Source of the DNA: Candidatus Gottesmanbacteria bacterium
GTDB taxonomy: Bacteria; Patescibacteriota; Microgenomatia; UBA10105; UBA927
Direction of reading: 5' to 3'
NCBI GenBank assembly: GCA_016218215.1
Contig: JACREM010000069.1
Span: 1-58,866, forward strand
DNA: 58,866 nucleotides
Positions 9,566 to 20,422 of this stretch are shown here, piece by piece; position 1 is the first letter of the stretch; each line of letters begins with the position of its first letter. The notes under the pieces are model-generated. The model searched no databases and was not told where the DNA came from. It saw only the letters and a list, made by a program, of their open reading frames with translations. Made by a program: the position numbers and the translations under genes.

Positions 9566-10474
9566 ATGGATACTCCGAGTCAGGATGAGTCAACCCAGGC
9601 AATGCCGCAAGCTCCTTCAGCTCCGCTGATATACGAGGAAACGCCGGTTGTTTCAGAGGAGCCTTCCGCTATTGCGGATACTTCGTCTCCTCAACAACAG
9701 GTTTCAAAACCCCCAGATACTCAATCTATTCCTCAGACGTCAAAAAGAAATGGTATTGGCTCGTTTTTTGCTAAAATATTTGGATTTATTTTTCTATTCC
9801 TTTTGGGGATTGGGCTTAGCGTACTGCTCCGACAGTATCTGCCGACCAAAACCCCGTCACTTTCAGAATCGCTTCCGACAGAAGATGTGGTAAAAGCGAC
9901 GCCGACGGTTGCCGAACAGAACATAGATCCACTTGCATCGTGGAAGACATTTTCTGTTGTGAGCGGGGTGACAAGACTTCCATTAGACTCTCTTACGTTT
10001 AAACTTCCACCGGATGTGTTGTCGCCGATCTGCGATGGAACCACGTGTGCGTCGCAGGGTACGTATCTACCCGGTGGGACGCGGTTTACTGTCGCACCTC
10101 GCGGGCAGGGGCAGCTCCTTTCAGATTTTCGGGGAAAAATTGTGAGCGATCTGGCCGGAAAGTCATTTAGCGTAAAGCAGGCTACTATTTCTGGTAAAAG
10201 TGCAACAGAATTTACCGGTTCATTTACTGGTTCTACTGCTGGCGGTTATGCGTTTTCCCGGATGCGCGGAGTCATGATAGAGGCATCACCAACCCTTTCT
10301 TTAGAAATAAATCATTTTGTCCCGAGTGGTATTTCTGCGAATTTTGATTCTGATGACACGCTTTTTGATACGATACTTACGACGCTTAGTTTCTCGACTT
10401 TGGTAAATCCTATAGAGACCCAAACGCTTTCACCTTCTCTGACACCGTCAACTTCGTCCGGAACTACTCAGTAA
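9566..10474 (+). CDS. Hypothetical single-TM protein with Pro/Ser-rich N-terminal tail
   Basis: 302-aa ORF; TTGACA at 9531-9536 upstream. Confidence 0.7.
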   Translation: MDTPSQDESTQAMPQAPSAPLIYEETPVVSEEPSAIADTSSPQQQVSKPPDTQSIPQTSKRNGIGSFFAKIFGFIFLFLLGIGLSVLLRQYLPTKTPSLSESLPTEDVVKATPTVAEQNIDPLASWKTFSVVSGVTRLPLDSLTFKLPPDVLSPICDGTTCASQGTYLPGGTRFTVAPRGQGQLLSDFRGKIVSDLAGKSFSVKQATISGKSATEFTGSFTGSTAGGYAFSRMRGVMIEASPTLSLEINHFVPSGISANFDSDDTLFDTILTTLSFSTLVNPIETQTLSPSLTPSTSSGTTQ

Positions 10475-12724
10475 CTTCCGACTCATGGTCGTCGGCCTTC
10501 GGACTGGCCATGAAGAGAGTATCAATGGATGTGTTGTAAGTCTAGGAATACGTTGCCAGAGAGCTTCAGTGACAAATGGCATGAAGGGGTGAAGAAGTTT
10601 AAGGATCGTAAGAAATACGTGACGAAATACGCTTAAAGCTTCTGAGTCTCCTTCTCCAAATCGAGTTTTATTTTCTTCTATATACCGGTCAGCTATCCTA
10701 TGCCAGGAAAATTCGTAGAGTTTTTTGGCTGCGTCTGAGAATCTGTATTTTTCCATATCTTTTGTCACTGAGGAGGTAAGCATATTGATCTCTGAGATAA
10801 GGCGTTTATCGGCGTCGTTTGTAAGTGCAGAGTGAAGTGTCTCGGTGTAAAAAGGTATTTCTTCGTTTTTCATTTTGGCGTTATCCAAAGACAGAAGCAG
10901 GAATCTTCCAATATTCCACAGTTTATTGGCAAAATTTCTCATGCCACGAATTTTGTCTTCGGAAAGGGCGAGATCATTTCCCGCTGCTGTCCCGAAAACG
11001 AGAGCAAACCGGAGAGCATCCGCTCCAAATTGGTCGATCATTTTGAGAGGATTGACAACATTCCCTTTTGATTTACTCATTTTTTGGCCCTTACTATCAC
11101 GAACGAGTCCATGAAGATAGACCGTTTTAAACGGAACTTTCCCTGTCATGTGAATTCCAAGCATAAGCATGCGGCATACCCACCAAGGAAGAATATCGTA
11201 GCCTGTTTCCATGACAGATGTAGGATAAAATTTGCTGTAGTCATTCGTGCCACTTGCACGAAGTGCGGCAAACGGCCATTGACCGGAAGAAAACCAGGTA
11301 TCAAATGTGTCGGTGTCCTGAACGAGATTTTTTCCGTGACACTCTGGGCATTCTGTTGGTATTGCACCGTCAGTTATAATCCAGTGATCTGATTTTTTAT
11401 TTTTGATATTTGATATTTGATTTAAACATGTTTGGCATTTCCATGCCGGTATCCTGATGCCCCAGACGTTTTGACGGCTGATATTCCAATCGTGGAAATT
11501 AGAGAGCCACTGTTTTGCCGTTTTTTCAAAACGCTTTGGTACAAATGCCACTTGTTTTTTATTTATTGCATCAGTAGCTTTTTTAGCAAGCGGGGAGACT
11601 TTTATATACCACTGCTCAAGCGGAAGCGGTTCTATGACCGTGCCGCATTTCCAACATGTGCCGATCCTATGCGTGTACGCTTCGTCTATTTTTATGAGAA
11701 GTCCATCGGTTTTCAGATCTTCAACCATCAGTGGCCGTACGATTGCAATTTTTTTGCCGTGATATTTTTCTGCTCGTTCCCGGTATTTTGGTTCAATGTT
11801 TTTTTGTGATAGAAACCATGAGAAGTCCATCCGTCCATGAAAATCGATGATAGGAGTGACCGGAAGATTAAATTTTTTCCCGAGTTCAAAGTCATGCGAA
11901 TCATGCGCAGGGGTGACCTTCATAATTCCAGTTCCAAACGATGGATCGACTTCCGGATCCGGAATGACCGTCATGCTGATGGGTCCCAAAAGCCCCATGA
12001 TCTCCAGTGTTTTTCCTATGTATTCTTTATATCGTTTGTCTTTGGGGTTTACCGCTAGTGCAGTGTCACGAAATTTTGTCTCGGGACGGGCTGTCGCGAT
12101 AGTAAATGGGCCATATTTCATGTAATACAGAGGATCGTTTCTCTCAATATACAACACTTCTAGGTCTGAAAATCCCGTTCCGTCTTTGGTGCAGTAGTTG
12201 ACAAGTCTGTTGTCCCGATAGATGAGTCCTTCATCAAAAAGTTTCTTAAATGATGTATAGACAGTGGCAATAATTTTTGGATTGAGGGTAAAAATATTCC
12301 GACTCCAGTCGAGTGAAAAACCAAGTTTACGGAGTTGGTTTTCCATGGTGCCGCGGTTTTCGTGAACAAAATTCCAGATGTCTTTATATAAAGTTTCCCT
12401 ATCAAAATCAAATCTGCTTTTGCCCATTTTGGCAAGATGCTTTTCGTACACAAATTGTGTTTCAAACCCTGCGTGGTCTGCCCCCGGAAGCCAAAGTGTG
12501 TTGTCTCCGAGCATCCTATGGTAGCGGATCATGATATCTTCCACCACATACATCGCATGACCTACGTGTAGATCTGCGTTTGCGTTGGGAGGAGGAAGGA
12601 GAACAGAAAATGGTTTAGACCCTTTTTTGTCATTTGGGGAAAAATATCCGTTTTTTTCCCAGAGTGCATAGATTTCGTCTTCTGTCGTTTGAGGTGAGTA
12701 TGCTTTATCAAGAGTAGAGTCCAT
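10448..12724 (-). CDS. valS: Valyl-tRNA synthetase (short form, no C-terminal coiled-coil arm)
   Basis: 'PPPNANADLHVGHA', 'DWNISRQ..WG', 'DTWFSS', 'KMSKSKGN'. Confidence 0.95.
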   Translation of the reverse strand: MDSTLDKAYSPQTTEDEIYALWEKNGYFSPNDKKGSKPFSVLLPPPNANADLHVGHAMYVVEDIMIRYHRMLGDNTLWLPGADHAGFETQFVYEKHLAKMGKSRFDFDRETLYKDIWNFVHENRGTMENQLRKLGFSLDWSRNIFTLNPKIIATVYTSFKKLFDEGLIYRDNRLVNYCTKDGTGFSDLEVLYIERNDPLYYMKYGPFTIATARPETKFRDTALAVNPKDKRYKEYIGKTLEIMGLLGPISMTVIPDPEVDPSFGTGIMKVTPAHDSHDFELGKKFNLPVTPIIDFHGRMDFSWFLSQKNIEPKYRERAEKYHGKKIAIVRPLMVEDLKTDGLLIKIDEAYTHRIGTCWKCGTVIEPLPLEQWYIKVSPLAKKATDAINKKQVAFVPKRFEKTAKQWLSNFHDWNISRQNVWGIRIPAWKCQTCLNQISNIKNKKSDHWIITDGAIPTECPECHGKNLVQDTDTFDTWFSSGQWPFAALRASGTNDYSKFYPTSVMETGYDILPWWVCRMLMLGIHMTGKVPFKTVYLHGLVRDSKGQKMSKSKGNVVNPLKMIDQFGADALRFALVFGTAAGNDLALSEDKIRGMRNFANKLWNIGRFLLLSLDNAKMKNEEIPFYTETLHSALTNDADKRLISEINMLTSSVTKDMEKYRFSDAAKKLYEFSWHRIADRYIEENKTRFGEGDSEALSVFRHVFLTILKLLHPFMPFVTEALWQRIPRLTTHPLILSSWPVRRPTTMSRKLLSSSGRS

Positions 12725-12754
12725 GGTTGTTATTATACCATTGAGTCTTGCGAG

Positions 12755-13894
12755 TTAAATTTCGACTGATAAATTCGATACGGCAGTGATTTCGTTCCAA
12801 GAGATTGGTGTACTAAATATAGATGCATAGATTCCTATAGTAACAGCGTTGTCGGTACACAAAGAGAATGGGGGAGCGAAAAGGCGAAATGATATGCCGG
12901 AGTTCTGAATTGCTCCTTCAAACTTTTCTCGAAGTCGTGTATTTGATGCTACTCCACCCGAGAGAAGAATTGAATGAGCATTATGTATTTTGGCAGCATG
13001 GATCGTTTTTCTTACTAATACATCTGTAATTGATTCCTGAATTTCGTACGCACATTGTTGTATGGTTTCATCTTTATATTGTTTTTGCTTTTTAAGTGAA
13101 TCGACCACTCGTACTGCTGCGGTTTTGAGTCCGCTAAAAGAAAAACTGTAGGGCTTATCCGGAAGATATGGTCTTGGGAGCGTAATTTTTGAATTTTGAT
13201 CTTTGATTTTTGATTTGAGATTTTGAGTGGTGGAAAATTGTGACGCTGCCTCCTGGATGGCTGCACCTCCCCGGTTTTCAAACCCTAGGAGTCGCGCTGT
13301 TTTATCAAATGCTTCGCCAGCTGCATCGTCAAGAGTGCCACCGAGCCATTGAATATTTTTTATTGACTTCATTACATAGAGCTCAGTGTGTCCGCCGCTC
13401 ACAACCAGAGAAATTGCGGGAAAAGCTATGAGCCTTTTGCTTTCAGCTTCCAGGATATTAGCTGACGGCTGACGGCTGACGGCTGACGGCTGAATAATAA
13501 AATTCGCAAACATATGTGCAATGACGTGATTGACAGGAATGATAGGAATGCCTGTTGCAAAAGAGATTGTTTTAGCAGTTTCTATTCCAATAAGAAGAGA
13601 CCCGATCAGTCCTGGACCTATAGTGACCGCAATCGCATCAATATACCTTTTTATTGTTTGCATATATGTTTCATTTGTATTTTTTGTTCTTAGCGGTGCC
13701 AATGCTTCTGTGAGGACCGGAATGATAGACCGAATTTGTTCTCGGGCAGCTAATTCCGGTACTATCCCGCCGTATTTTTTATGTACAAGAGTAGACGAAG
13801 CTATGCTTGATGAAAGAATCGTTTTCCCATTGAGAATTACAGCCGCGGCGGTTTCATCGCAAGAGGATTCTATGGCGAGAATATGTGAATTCAT
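12755..13894 (-). CDS. tsaD: tRNA N6-adenosine threonylcarbamoyltransferase TsaD
   Basis: 'LAIESSCDETAAA', 'GGIVPELAAR', 'NHVIAH', 'VSGGHT', 'DDAAGEAFDK', 'FSFSGLKT', 'CTDNA'. Confidence 0.95.
   Translation of the reverse strand: MNSHILAIESSCDETAAAVILNGKTILSSSIASSTLVHKKYGGIVPELAAREQIRSIIPVLTEALAPLRTKNTNETYMQTIKRYIDAIAVTIGPGLIGSLLIGIETAKTISFATGIPIIPVNHVIAHMFANFIIQPSAVSRQPSANILEAESKRLIAFPAISLVVSGGHTELYVMKSIKNIQWLGGTLDDAAGEAFDKTARLLGFENRGGAAIQEAASQFSTTQNLKSKIKDQNSKITLPRPYLPDKPYSFSFSGLKTAAVRVVDSLKKQKQYKDETIQQCAYEIQESITDVLVRKTIHAAKIHNAHSILLSGGVASNTRLREKFEGAIQNSGISFRLFAPPFSLCTDNAVTIGIYASIFSTPISWNEITAVSNLSVEI
13461..13493. repeat. Perfect heptamer tandem (GCTGACG)x4 + GCTGA inside tsaD
   Basis: Read directly from sequence. 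Confidence 0.95.
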
Positions 13895-14328
13895 GTTTCA
13901 AGTCCGATAAGTTTGGCGAGTTGAGTCGTCGAGGGGGTGTGAATTTTTGGTATTTCAATGACCGATGCGCCGATTGAGGCCGCCTGAGATGATTTTTTTT
14001 CTTTATACGGATCTCCTTCGGTAATTGCGATAACGGAAGGCTTGATCGTTGTTACCAGATTAAAATACTTTTGGTCTGTATCCATGGTCGGTAGTTCTAT
14101 AACTTCATCGACACATGAGAGGGCCAAAAGCATAGCTTTCCTTTGTGCCTGTGTATGAATGGGTCGGTTGTTGCCTTTTCGAGTTTTTACGTTTTCATCT
14201 GACTCGAGCGCCACTATAAGTCGGTCTCCATGATTTTTTGCCGTGATAAGGAATTGTATGTGGCCATAATGCAGGACATCAAAGCATCCCCCTACAAGAA
14301 CTATTTTTTCGTGTGTATTGTATTCCAT
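13891..14328 (-). CDS. Cytidylyltransferase-family protein (TagD/RfaE/RibL-like)
   Basis: 'GGCFDVLHYGH' HxGH motif; 'STT' at C-terminus. Confidence 0.85.
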   Translation of the reverse strand: MEYNTHEKIVLVGGCFDVLHYGHIQFLITAKNHGDRLIVALESDENVKTRKGNNRPIHTQAQRKAMLLALSCVDEVIELPTMDTDQKYFNLVTTIKPSVIAITEGDPYKEKKSSQAASIGASVIEIPKIHTPSTTQLAKLIGLET

Positions 14329-14373
14329 TATTTATTTGGGAATTGGTAGTATTGGACATTGGTAGTATTCATG

Positions 14374-15756
14374 TTATACACCCCGTAGGTATATTGCCTG
14401 CCATGGTCTGAAGTTTGACGTAAATGTTGTGTCTTCTAGTACTTCACCACGTCGGGTAACCCTGTATTGAAACGAAGCATTTGCTCCCCAAGCCGGAAAA
14501 TCAATTTGTCTTACGATCCCTTTGGGTAACGTCGGGTCATCCTGATAAAGCGGCGCAGGGGGAGCGGATTCGCCCCATGTTTTATGGTTTAGTATCTCCG
14601 CTTTTCTTCCGTCGCTTGTACCATAGAGAGTAAATGTGAGATTGAGATTTTTTGTATCAGTTTTTGATTGGATGAGAATAGACTGTCCGGTGTTGTTGGA
14701 AAATTTTAAATCGACTGTTGGCGAATAGACAGTGGCGTCGAGTCCCGGCTTAAATCCTCCTTCTTCATAGTAATGTACGCGGTATGCATGGGCATGCCGC
14801 TCCACGATAGGAAGGCCTGCATTTAACGCCGCACGAAAGAGCGTAGAGGATACCTGACAGACGCCGCCTCCGTCTCCCAAGACCGTTCTTCCTTCTTTTA
14901 TAATATATGCGGCCTGGTAGCCAGTAGTCGCGGATATATCTCCTAAAGCGTCGTTAAACGAGAATGTTTTTCCCGGTGGAATAAGGATTCCATGAAGTTT
15001 TGAGGCTGCTAAGGCAACGTTATGAATTCTTCCGGGAATAGATCCGGAAAATTCAGAATATCCTCTGCCGATGAGCTCTTTTACTCCAAATGTATTTGTT
15101 TCACTTGTGACAATAGACGGCGTAACTGGATCCACAGGAAGAGTGACTACGAGTGTGGTTTGTTCTTTACTGCCGGATGAGACTGCCAGTAATTCAAAAA
15201 GTTGTATAGCTTTCTCGACATTGACCTTTCTTCCCGTCTGAGACGGTTTAAATGATGAAACCCTGTTGTTTGCGAATTGAAAGAGAGCATCCTGACTTGG
15301 TATATCTATTGATTCACTTAAAAATCCAACGGTGTCTCTTACGAGATCTTTGTTGTATGAAAATGACAACGGAAGGTCGACGTTTCGTAGCCCAAAGAGA
15401 GATAGGAGGTGCTGGATAAATGTCGTATTTCTCCCGATAGAATATGCCTGCACAGCCGCGAGTGTCGCATCATACCCGACGCCAGCATCGAGCGCTGAAA
15501 GTGTCGCAATCGTATCTTCAAACCGGAATTGGAAATATTTTTCTCTAATCGGGGTATTGAGATGTTCTACGTATCTTTGTACGTCGTCCTTCTTTGCACC
15601 CCCAAAAGAAACAGAAGCGAGTGAGACATTGGGGTAGACTCGAAGCGAATATTGATGTACCCGGTAATAATACAAGAGGATACCGAATACGATAAGAAAA
15701 AATGCGGTGATGTAAATATTTTTTTTCATTGATGTATTGTTCTTTCTTGCCTCCAT
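14374..15756 (-). CDS. VanW-family protein with peptidoglycan-binding and G5-like regions
   Basis: 'RIHNV.LA', 'FSFN..LG', 'GGGVCQVSSTLFRA', 'GLDATV'; start re-called at 15756 (TACAAT 9 nt upstream). Confidence 0.85.
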   Translation of the reverse strand: MEARKNNTSMKKNIYITAFFLIVFGILLYYYRVHQYSLRVYPNVSLASVSFGGAKKDDVQRYVEHLNTPIREKYFQFRFEDTIATLSALDAGVGYDATLAAVQAYSIGRNTTFIQHLLSLFGLRNVDLPLSFSYNKDLVRDTVGFLSESIDIPSQDALFQFANNRVSSFKPSQTGRKVNVEKAIQLFELLAVSSGSKEQTTLVVTLPVDPVTPSIVTSETNTFGVKELIGRGYSEFSGSIPGRIHNVALAASKLHGILIPPGKTFSFNDALGDISATTGYQAAYIIKEGRTVLGDGGGVCQVSSTLFRAALNAGLPIVERHAHAYRVHYYEEGGFKPGLDATVYSPTVDLKFSNNTGQSILIQSKTDTKNLNLTFTLYGTSDGRKAEILNHKTWGESAPPAPLYQDDPTLPKGIVRQIDFPAWGANASFQYRVTRRGEVLEDTTFTSNFRPWQAIYLRGV

Positions 15757-15802
15757 GATATGATAATTGTACAAGCGAATGCGTAAATTCGCTAGTGTGT
15801 TT

Positions 15803-17371
15803 ATGGATACGAATGAACCACTGTCCGGAACTATCGAGATGGCTGATTTTCCTGTGGTTGGGCAGCCAGCGCCTTTGGTCGCACCACCTCCTGCTTCAGA
15901 AGCACAACCGGTCGGATCTGCGGTACATTCGACAGTAGGTGAACCAGAAAATCCGTTTATACCAAAAGGCGCTACACCTGAGATTGTGCCGTCTATGCCG
16001 CAAGAGAGTGGATTTACCGGGGACAATGGAAATCCGCTTATGCGAAGACTTGTCATGGTTGGGGCGTTTGTGGGGGTGCTTCTCGTACTTTTTTTTGTTG
16101 GAAAATTTATCTTAGGATTTCTTGCAAGCAACAAAGAAGTAACAATAACGTATTGGGGTCTTTGGGAGAATGATGCGACGGTGAAAAATGTTATCGCTGG
16201 TTTTGAATCAAAAAATCCTAAGATAAAAGTAAAGTACCTGAAACAGTCGCAAAAGCAGTATCGCGAAAAACTCCAGGCTGCAATTGCCCGTGGGGACGGT
16301 CCGGATGTGTTTCGCTTTCATAACACGTGGGTGCCGATGCTGAAAAATGATCTTCTCCCGTCTCCTAAAACCGGTATGACCGCGCAGGAATTTTCAGTTT
16401 CATATTTTCCTGTCGCCAAAAACGATCTCGTCGCAGGATCGACGATTTTTGGAGTTCCAATGATGATCGATGGACTTGGTCTTTACTATAACGAAGACCT
16501 GTTCGCATCGGCAGGAGTAAAACCTCCGACTACCTGGGAGGAGTTACTTAGCATCATACCAAAGCTTCGCGTATCAAACGGGACGAGTATGACAACTGCT
16601 GCAGTTGCATTGGGAACAACAAATAATATCGAAAATTTTAGTGATATTGTGGCAACCATGATGATGCAAAATGGTGCGGATTTACGAAATCCTACAAGTA
16701 AAGAAGCTGAGGAAACCCTCGTGTTTTATAGAAAATTTGCTGATCCGACAGATCCTGTGTACACATGGAATGAATCGCTTGATAATTCCATCTATGCATT
16801 TGCCATGGGGCGTGTTGCTATGATTTTTGCTCCATCCTGGCGCGCATTTGATATAAAAGAAATGAGTAAAGCCGGAAATCCAAGACTACGATTCAAAATT
16901 GTTCCTATCCCTCAGCTTCCCGGAAATACTGTAACATGGGCATCGTATTGGGTGGAAGGTGCGAGCAGCAAATCAAAATATCCTGACCAGGCGTGGAAAT
17001 TTATACAATATCTTACGAGTAAAGAAGGTGAAACGAAGCTGTATACCGATGCATCCCGTAATAGACTTTTTGGAGAACCTTATAGTAGGGTGGATTTATC
17101 CGGAAGTGTGACTGGCGATGATTATGTAGAGGCGTATGTAAAACAAGCACCCAGTAGCAAGTCATTTCCACTGGCATCCCGAACGTTTGACAATGGGCTG
17201 AATGATAAGCTTTCAAAATATCTTGAAGATGCACTCAACGCTGTGGCAAAAGGAACTGCTCCGGCTCAGGCGCTTCAAACAATGTCTGCAGGGTTTCATC
17301 AGGTTTTTACCACATATGGTCTTTCGTCCGGAACCGCTGCCTCTCCTCGTGGAGATACCACGATACAATAA
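15803..17371 (+). CDS. Extracellular solute-binding protein (sugar ABC family 1 type), TM-anchored
   Basis: 'ITYWGLWE', 'GPDVF', 'DGLGLYYN.DLF', 'PPTTWEE', 'F..GRVAM'; start uncertain. Confidence 0.85.
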   Translation: MDTNEPLSGTIEMADFPVVGQPAPLVAPPPASEAQPVGSAVHSTVGEPENPFIPKGATPEIVPSMPQESGFTGDNGNPLMRRLVMVGAFVGVLLVLFFVGKFILGFLASNKEVTITYWGLWENDATVKNVIAGFESKNPKIKVKYLKQSQKQYREKLQAAIARGDGPDVFRFHNTWVPMLKNDLLPSPKTGMTAQEFSVSYFPVAKNDLVAGSTIFGVPMMIDGLGLYYNEDLFASAGVKPPTTWEELLSIIPKLRVSNGTSMTTAAVALGTTNNIENFSDIVATMMMQNGADLRNPTSKEAEETLVFYRKFADPTDPVYTWNESLDNSIYAFAMGRVAMIFAPSWRAFDIKEMSKAGNPRLRFKIVPIPQLPGNTVTWASYWVEGASSKSKYPDQAWKFIQYLTSKEGETKLYTDASRNRLFGEPYSRVDLSGSVTGDDYVEAYVKQAPSSKSFPLASRTFDNGLNDKLSKYLEDALNAVAKGTAPAQALQTMSAGFHQVFTTYGLSSGTAASPRGDTTIQ

Positions 17372-17374
17372 CCA

Positions 17375-18298
17375 ATGTATGATTTAACCCTTCGGGACGC
17401 TGTATTGGTCGCTGTTTCTTATTCAGATATTTTTTCTTATCCTCTCACAATAGAGGAATTAATCCGTTTTCTTCCGTATAGATCAGATGCATCGAGGATA
17501 CGAATTCAAAGAGTAGTAAATGCGCTTCATTTACTGACTCGAGACGGATTTATTACATTTTCAAAAGCTTCGGGATATATTGCGCTTCGAAAAAAAAGAG
17601 ACACAATTGCCCAGAGGAAATGGAATATTGTGTATAGCGTGTTATGGATATTTCGGTATATTCCAACAGTTCGTCTCGTTGCAGTAACAGGAGCATTATC
17701 AATGAACAATGTCGAAAAAAAAGATGACATTGATCTTTTGGTGATTGCTGAAGGAAAGAGCGTGTGGATTACACGTTTTATCGTGACTTTTTTATTTGAT
17801 GTCTTTGGCATACGAAGAAAGCCAAACCAACGTCATGTTTCTAATTTATTTTGTCTGAATATGTATCTTTCATCCGACGCGTTAGAAATCCCGAAAGAAA
17901 AAAGAAATTTTTATATTGCACATGAAATCGTCCAGATGGTGCCTGTTTTTGATAGAAAGAATACGTATAATTTATTTTGTCAAAAAAACTTGTGGGTGAG
18001 AGACATGCTCCCGCATGCACTAAAAAGGGTACAAATCAGGACAGGACATACTCGTATTGGATTTGGTATTGTCGGGGAATGGGTACAGCAATTATTTTTT
18101 ACCAGTATGGAATATTTAGATGTGTTGTTTATGCGCGTGCAGCTTTTGTATATGAAGACTCGTCATACCCGTGAAGTAGTCCTTCGGGATATGATTCGAT
18201 TTCATCCTTTTGATGCAAACGAGTGGGTCTATAAAAAATTAGCTATTCGATTGCGACGAAAGAAAATACCACTTGACAAGATTTTTTTCTCCCATTAA
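17375..18298 (+). CDS. Hypothetical protein with Pol-beta-like nucleotidyltransferase motif
   Basis: 'VAVTGALSMNN....DDIDLLVI' matches the hG[S/A]x..DxD pattern. Confidence 0.6.
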   Translation: MYDLTLRDAVLVAVSYSDIFSYPLTIEELIRFLPYRSDASRIRIQRVVNALHLLTRDGFITFSKASGYIALRKKRDTIAQRKWNIVYSVLWIFRYIPTVRLVAVTGALSMNNVEKKDDIDLLVIAEGKSVWITRFIVTFLFDVFGIRRKPNQRHVSNLFCLNMYLSSDALEIPKEKRNFYIAHEIVQMVPVFDRKNTYNLFCQKNLWVRDMLPHALKRVQIRTGHTRIGFGIVGEWVQQLFFTSMEYLDVLFMRVQLLYMKTRHTREVVLRDMIRFHPFDANEWVYKKLAIRLRRKKIPLDKIFFSH

Positions 18299-18326
18299 AA
18301 TAGCAGTCACTTCAAAAGACTGCCAG
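18273..18326 (+). promoter_or_regulatory. Sigma70-type promoter plus CIRCE operator of groES-groEL
   Basis: TTGACA(18273)-17-TAAAAT(18296); ATAGCAGTC-N9-GACTGCCAG at 18300-18326. Confidence 0.85.
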
Positions 18327-18369
18327 TGAATATTGGTATTCAATGTATAAATTTTAAAGGAGGATCCAT

Positions 18370-18666
18370 ATGGCAACAATAAATATAAAGCCGTTATTTG
18401 ATAACGTACTCGTAAAACCTCTTCAGAGCGAGGAAAAACTTCCATCAGGCATCGTGCTTCCGGATAGCGCAAAGGAAAAACCACAAGTAGGTCAGGTTAT
18501 GGCTGTCGGAGCAGGATCGGTAAACGAGAAGGGCGTGAAGACTGAAATGGTAGTTAGGGTTGGGCAAAAAGTTATGTATAAAAAGTGGGGAGGGAATGAA
18601 GTCAAAGTGAACGGGGAAGAGTGGATGATAGTTGAACAAAAAGATATATTGGCGGTTGTTGAGTAA
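18370..18666 (+). CDS. groES: Co-chaperonin GroES
   Basis: 'IKPLFDNVLV', 'SGIVLPDSAKEKP'; SD AAGGAGG. Confidence 0.97.
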   Translation: MATINIKPLFDNVLVKPLQSEEKLPSGIVLPDSAKEKPQVGQVMAVGAGSVNEKGVKTEMVVRVGQKVMYKKWGGNEVKVNGEEWMIVEQKDILAVVE

Positions 18667-18672
18667 AAATAA

Positions 18673-20337
<1,665 letters not shown>

Positions 20338-20373
20338 TTTAGTGAGTAGAAAGTAGAAATATAATACAAAAAT

Positions 20374-20406
20374 AAAAAAGTCCTCTGATTATTCAGGGGA
20401 CTTTTT
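20374..20406 (+). terminator. Intrinsic terminator after groEL (symmetric, possibly bidirectional)
   Basis: AAAAAGTCCTCTGA-TTAT-TCAGGGGACTTTTT. Confidence 0.85.
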
Positions 20407-20422
20407 GGTAAGATAAGATATC

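Noticed and set aside
10856..10880. Possible further heptamer tract in valS (AKMKNEE)
   Set aside because: Only about three degenerate units; cannot be told apart from A-rich codons.
15757..16134. N-terminal extension of the VanW ORF given in the track
   Set aside because: It overlaps the divergent SBP gene; a -10 box and TM start support 15756.
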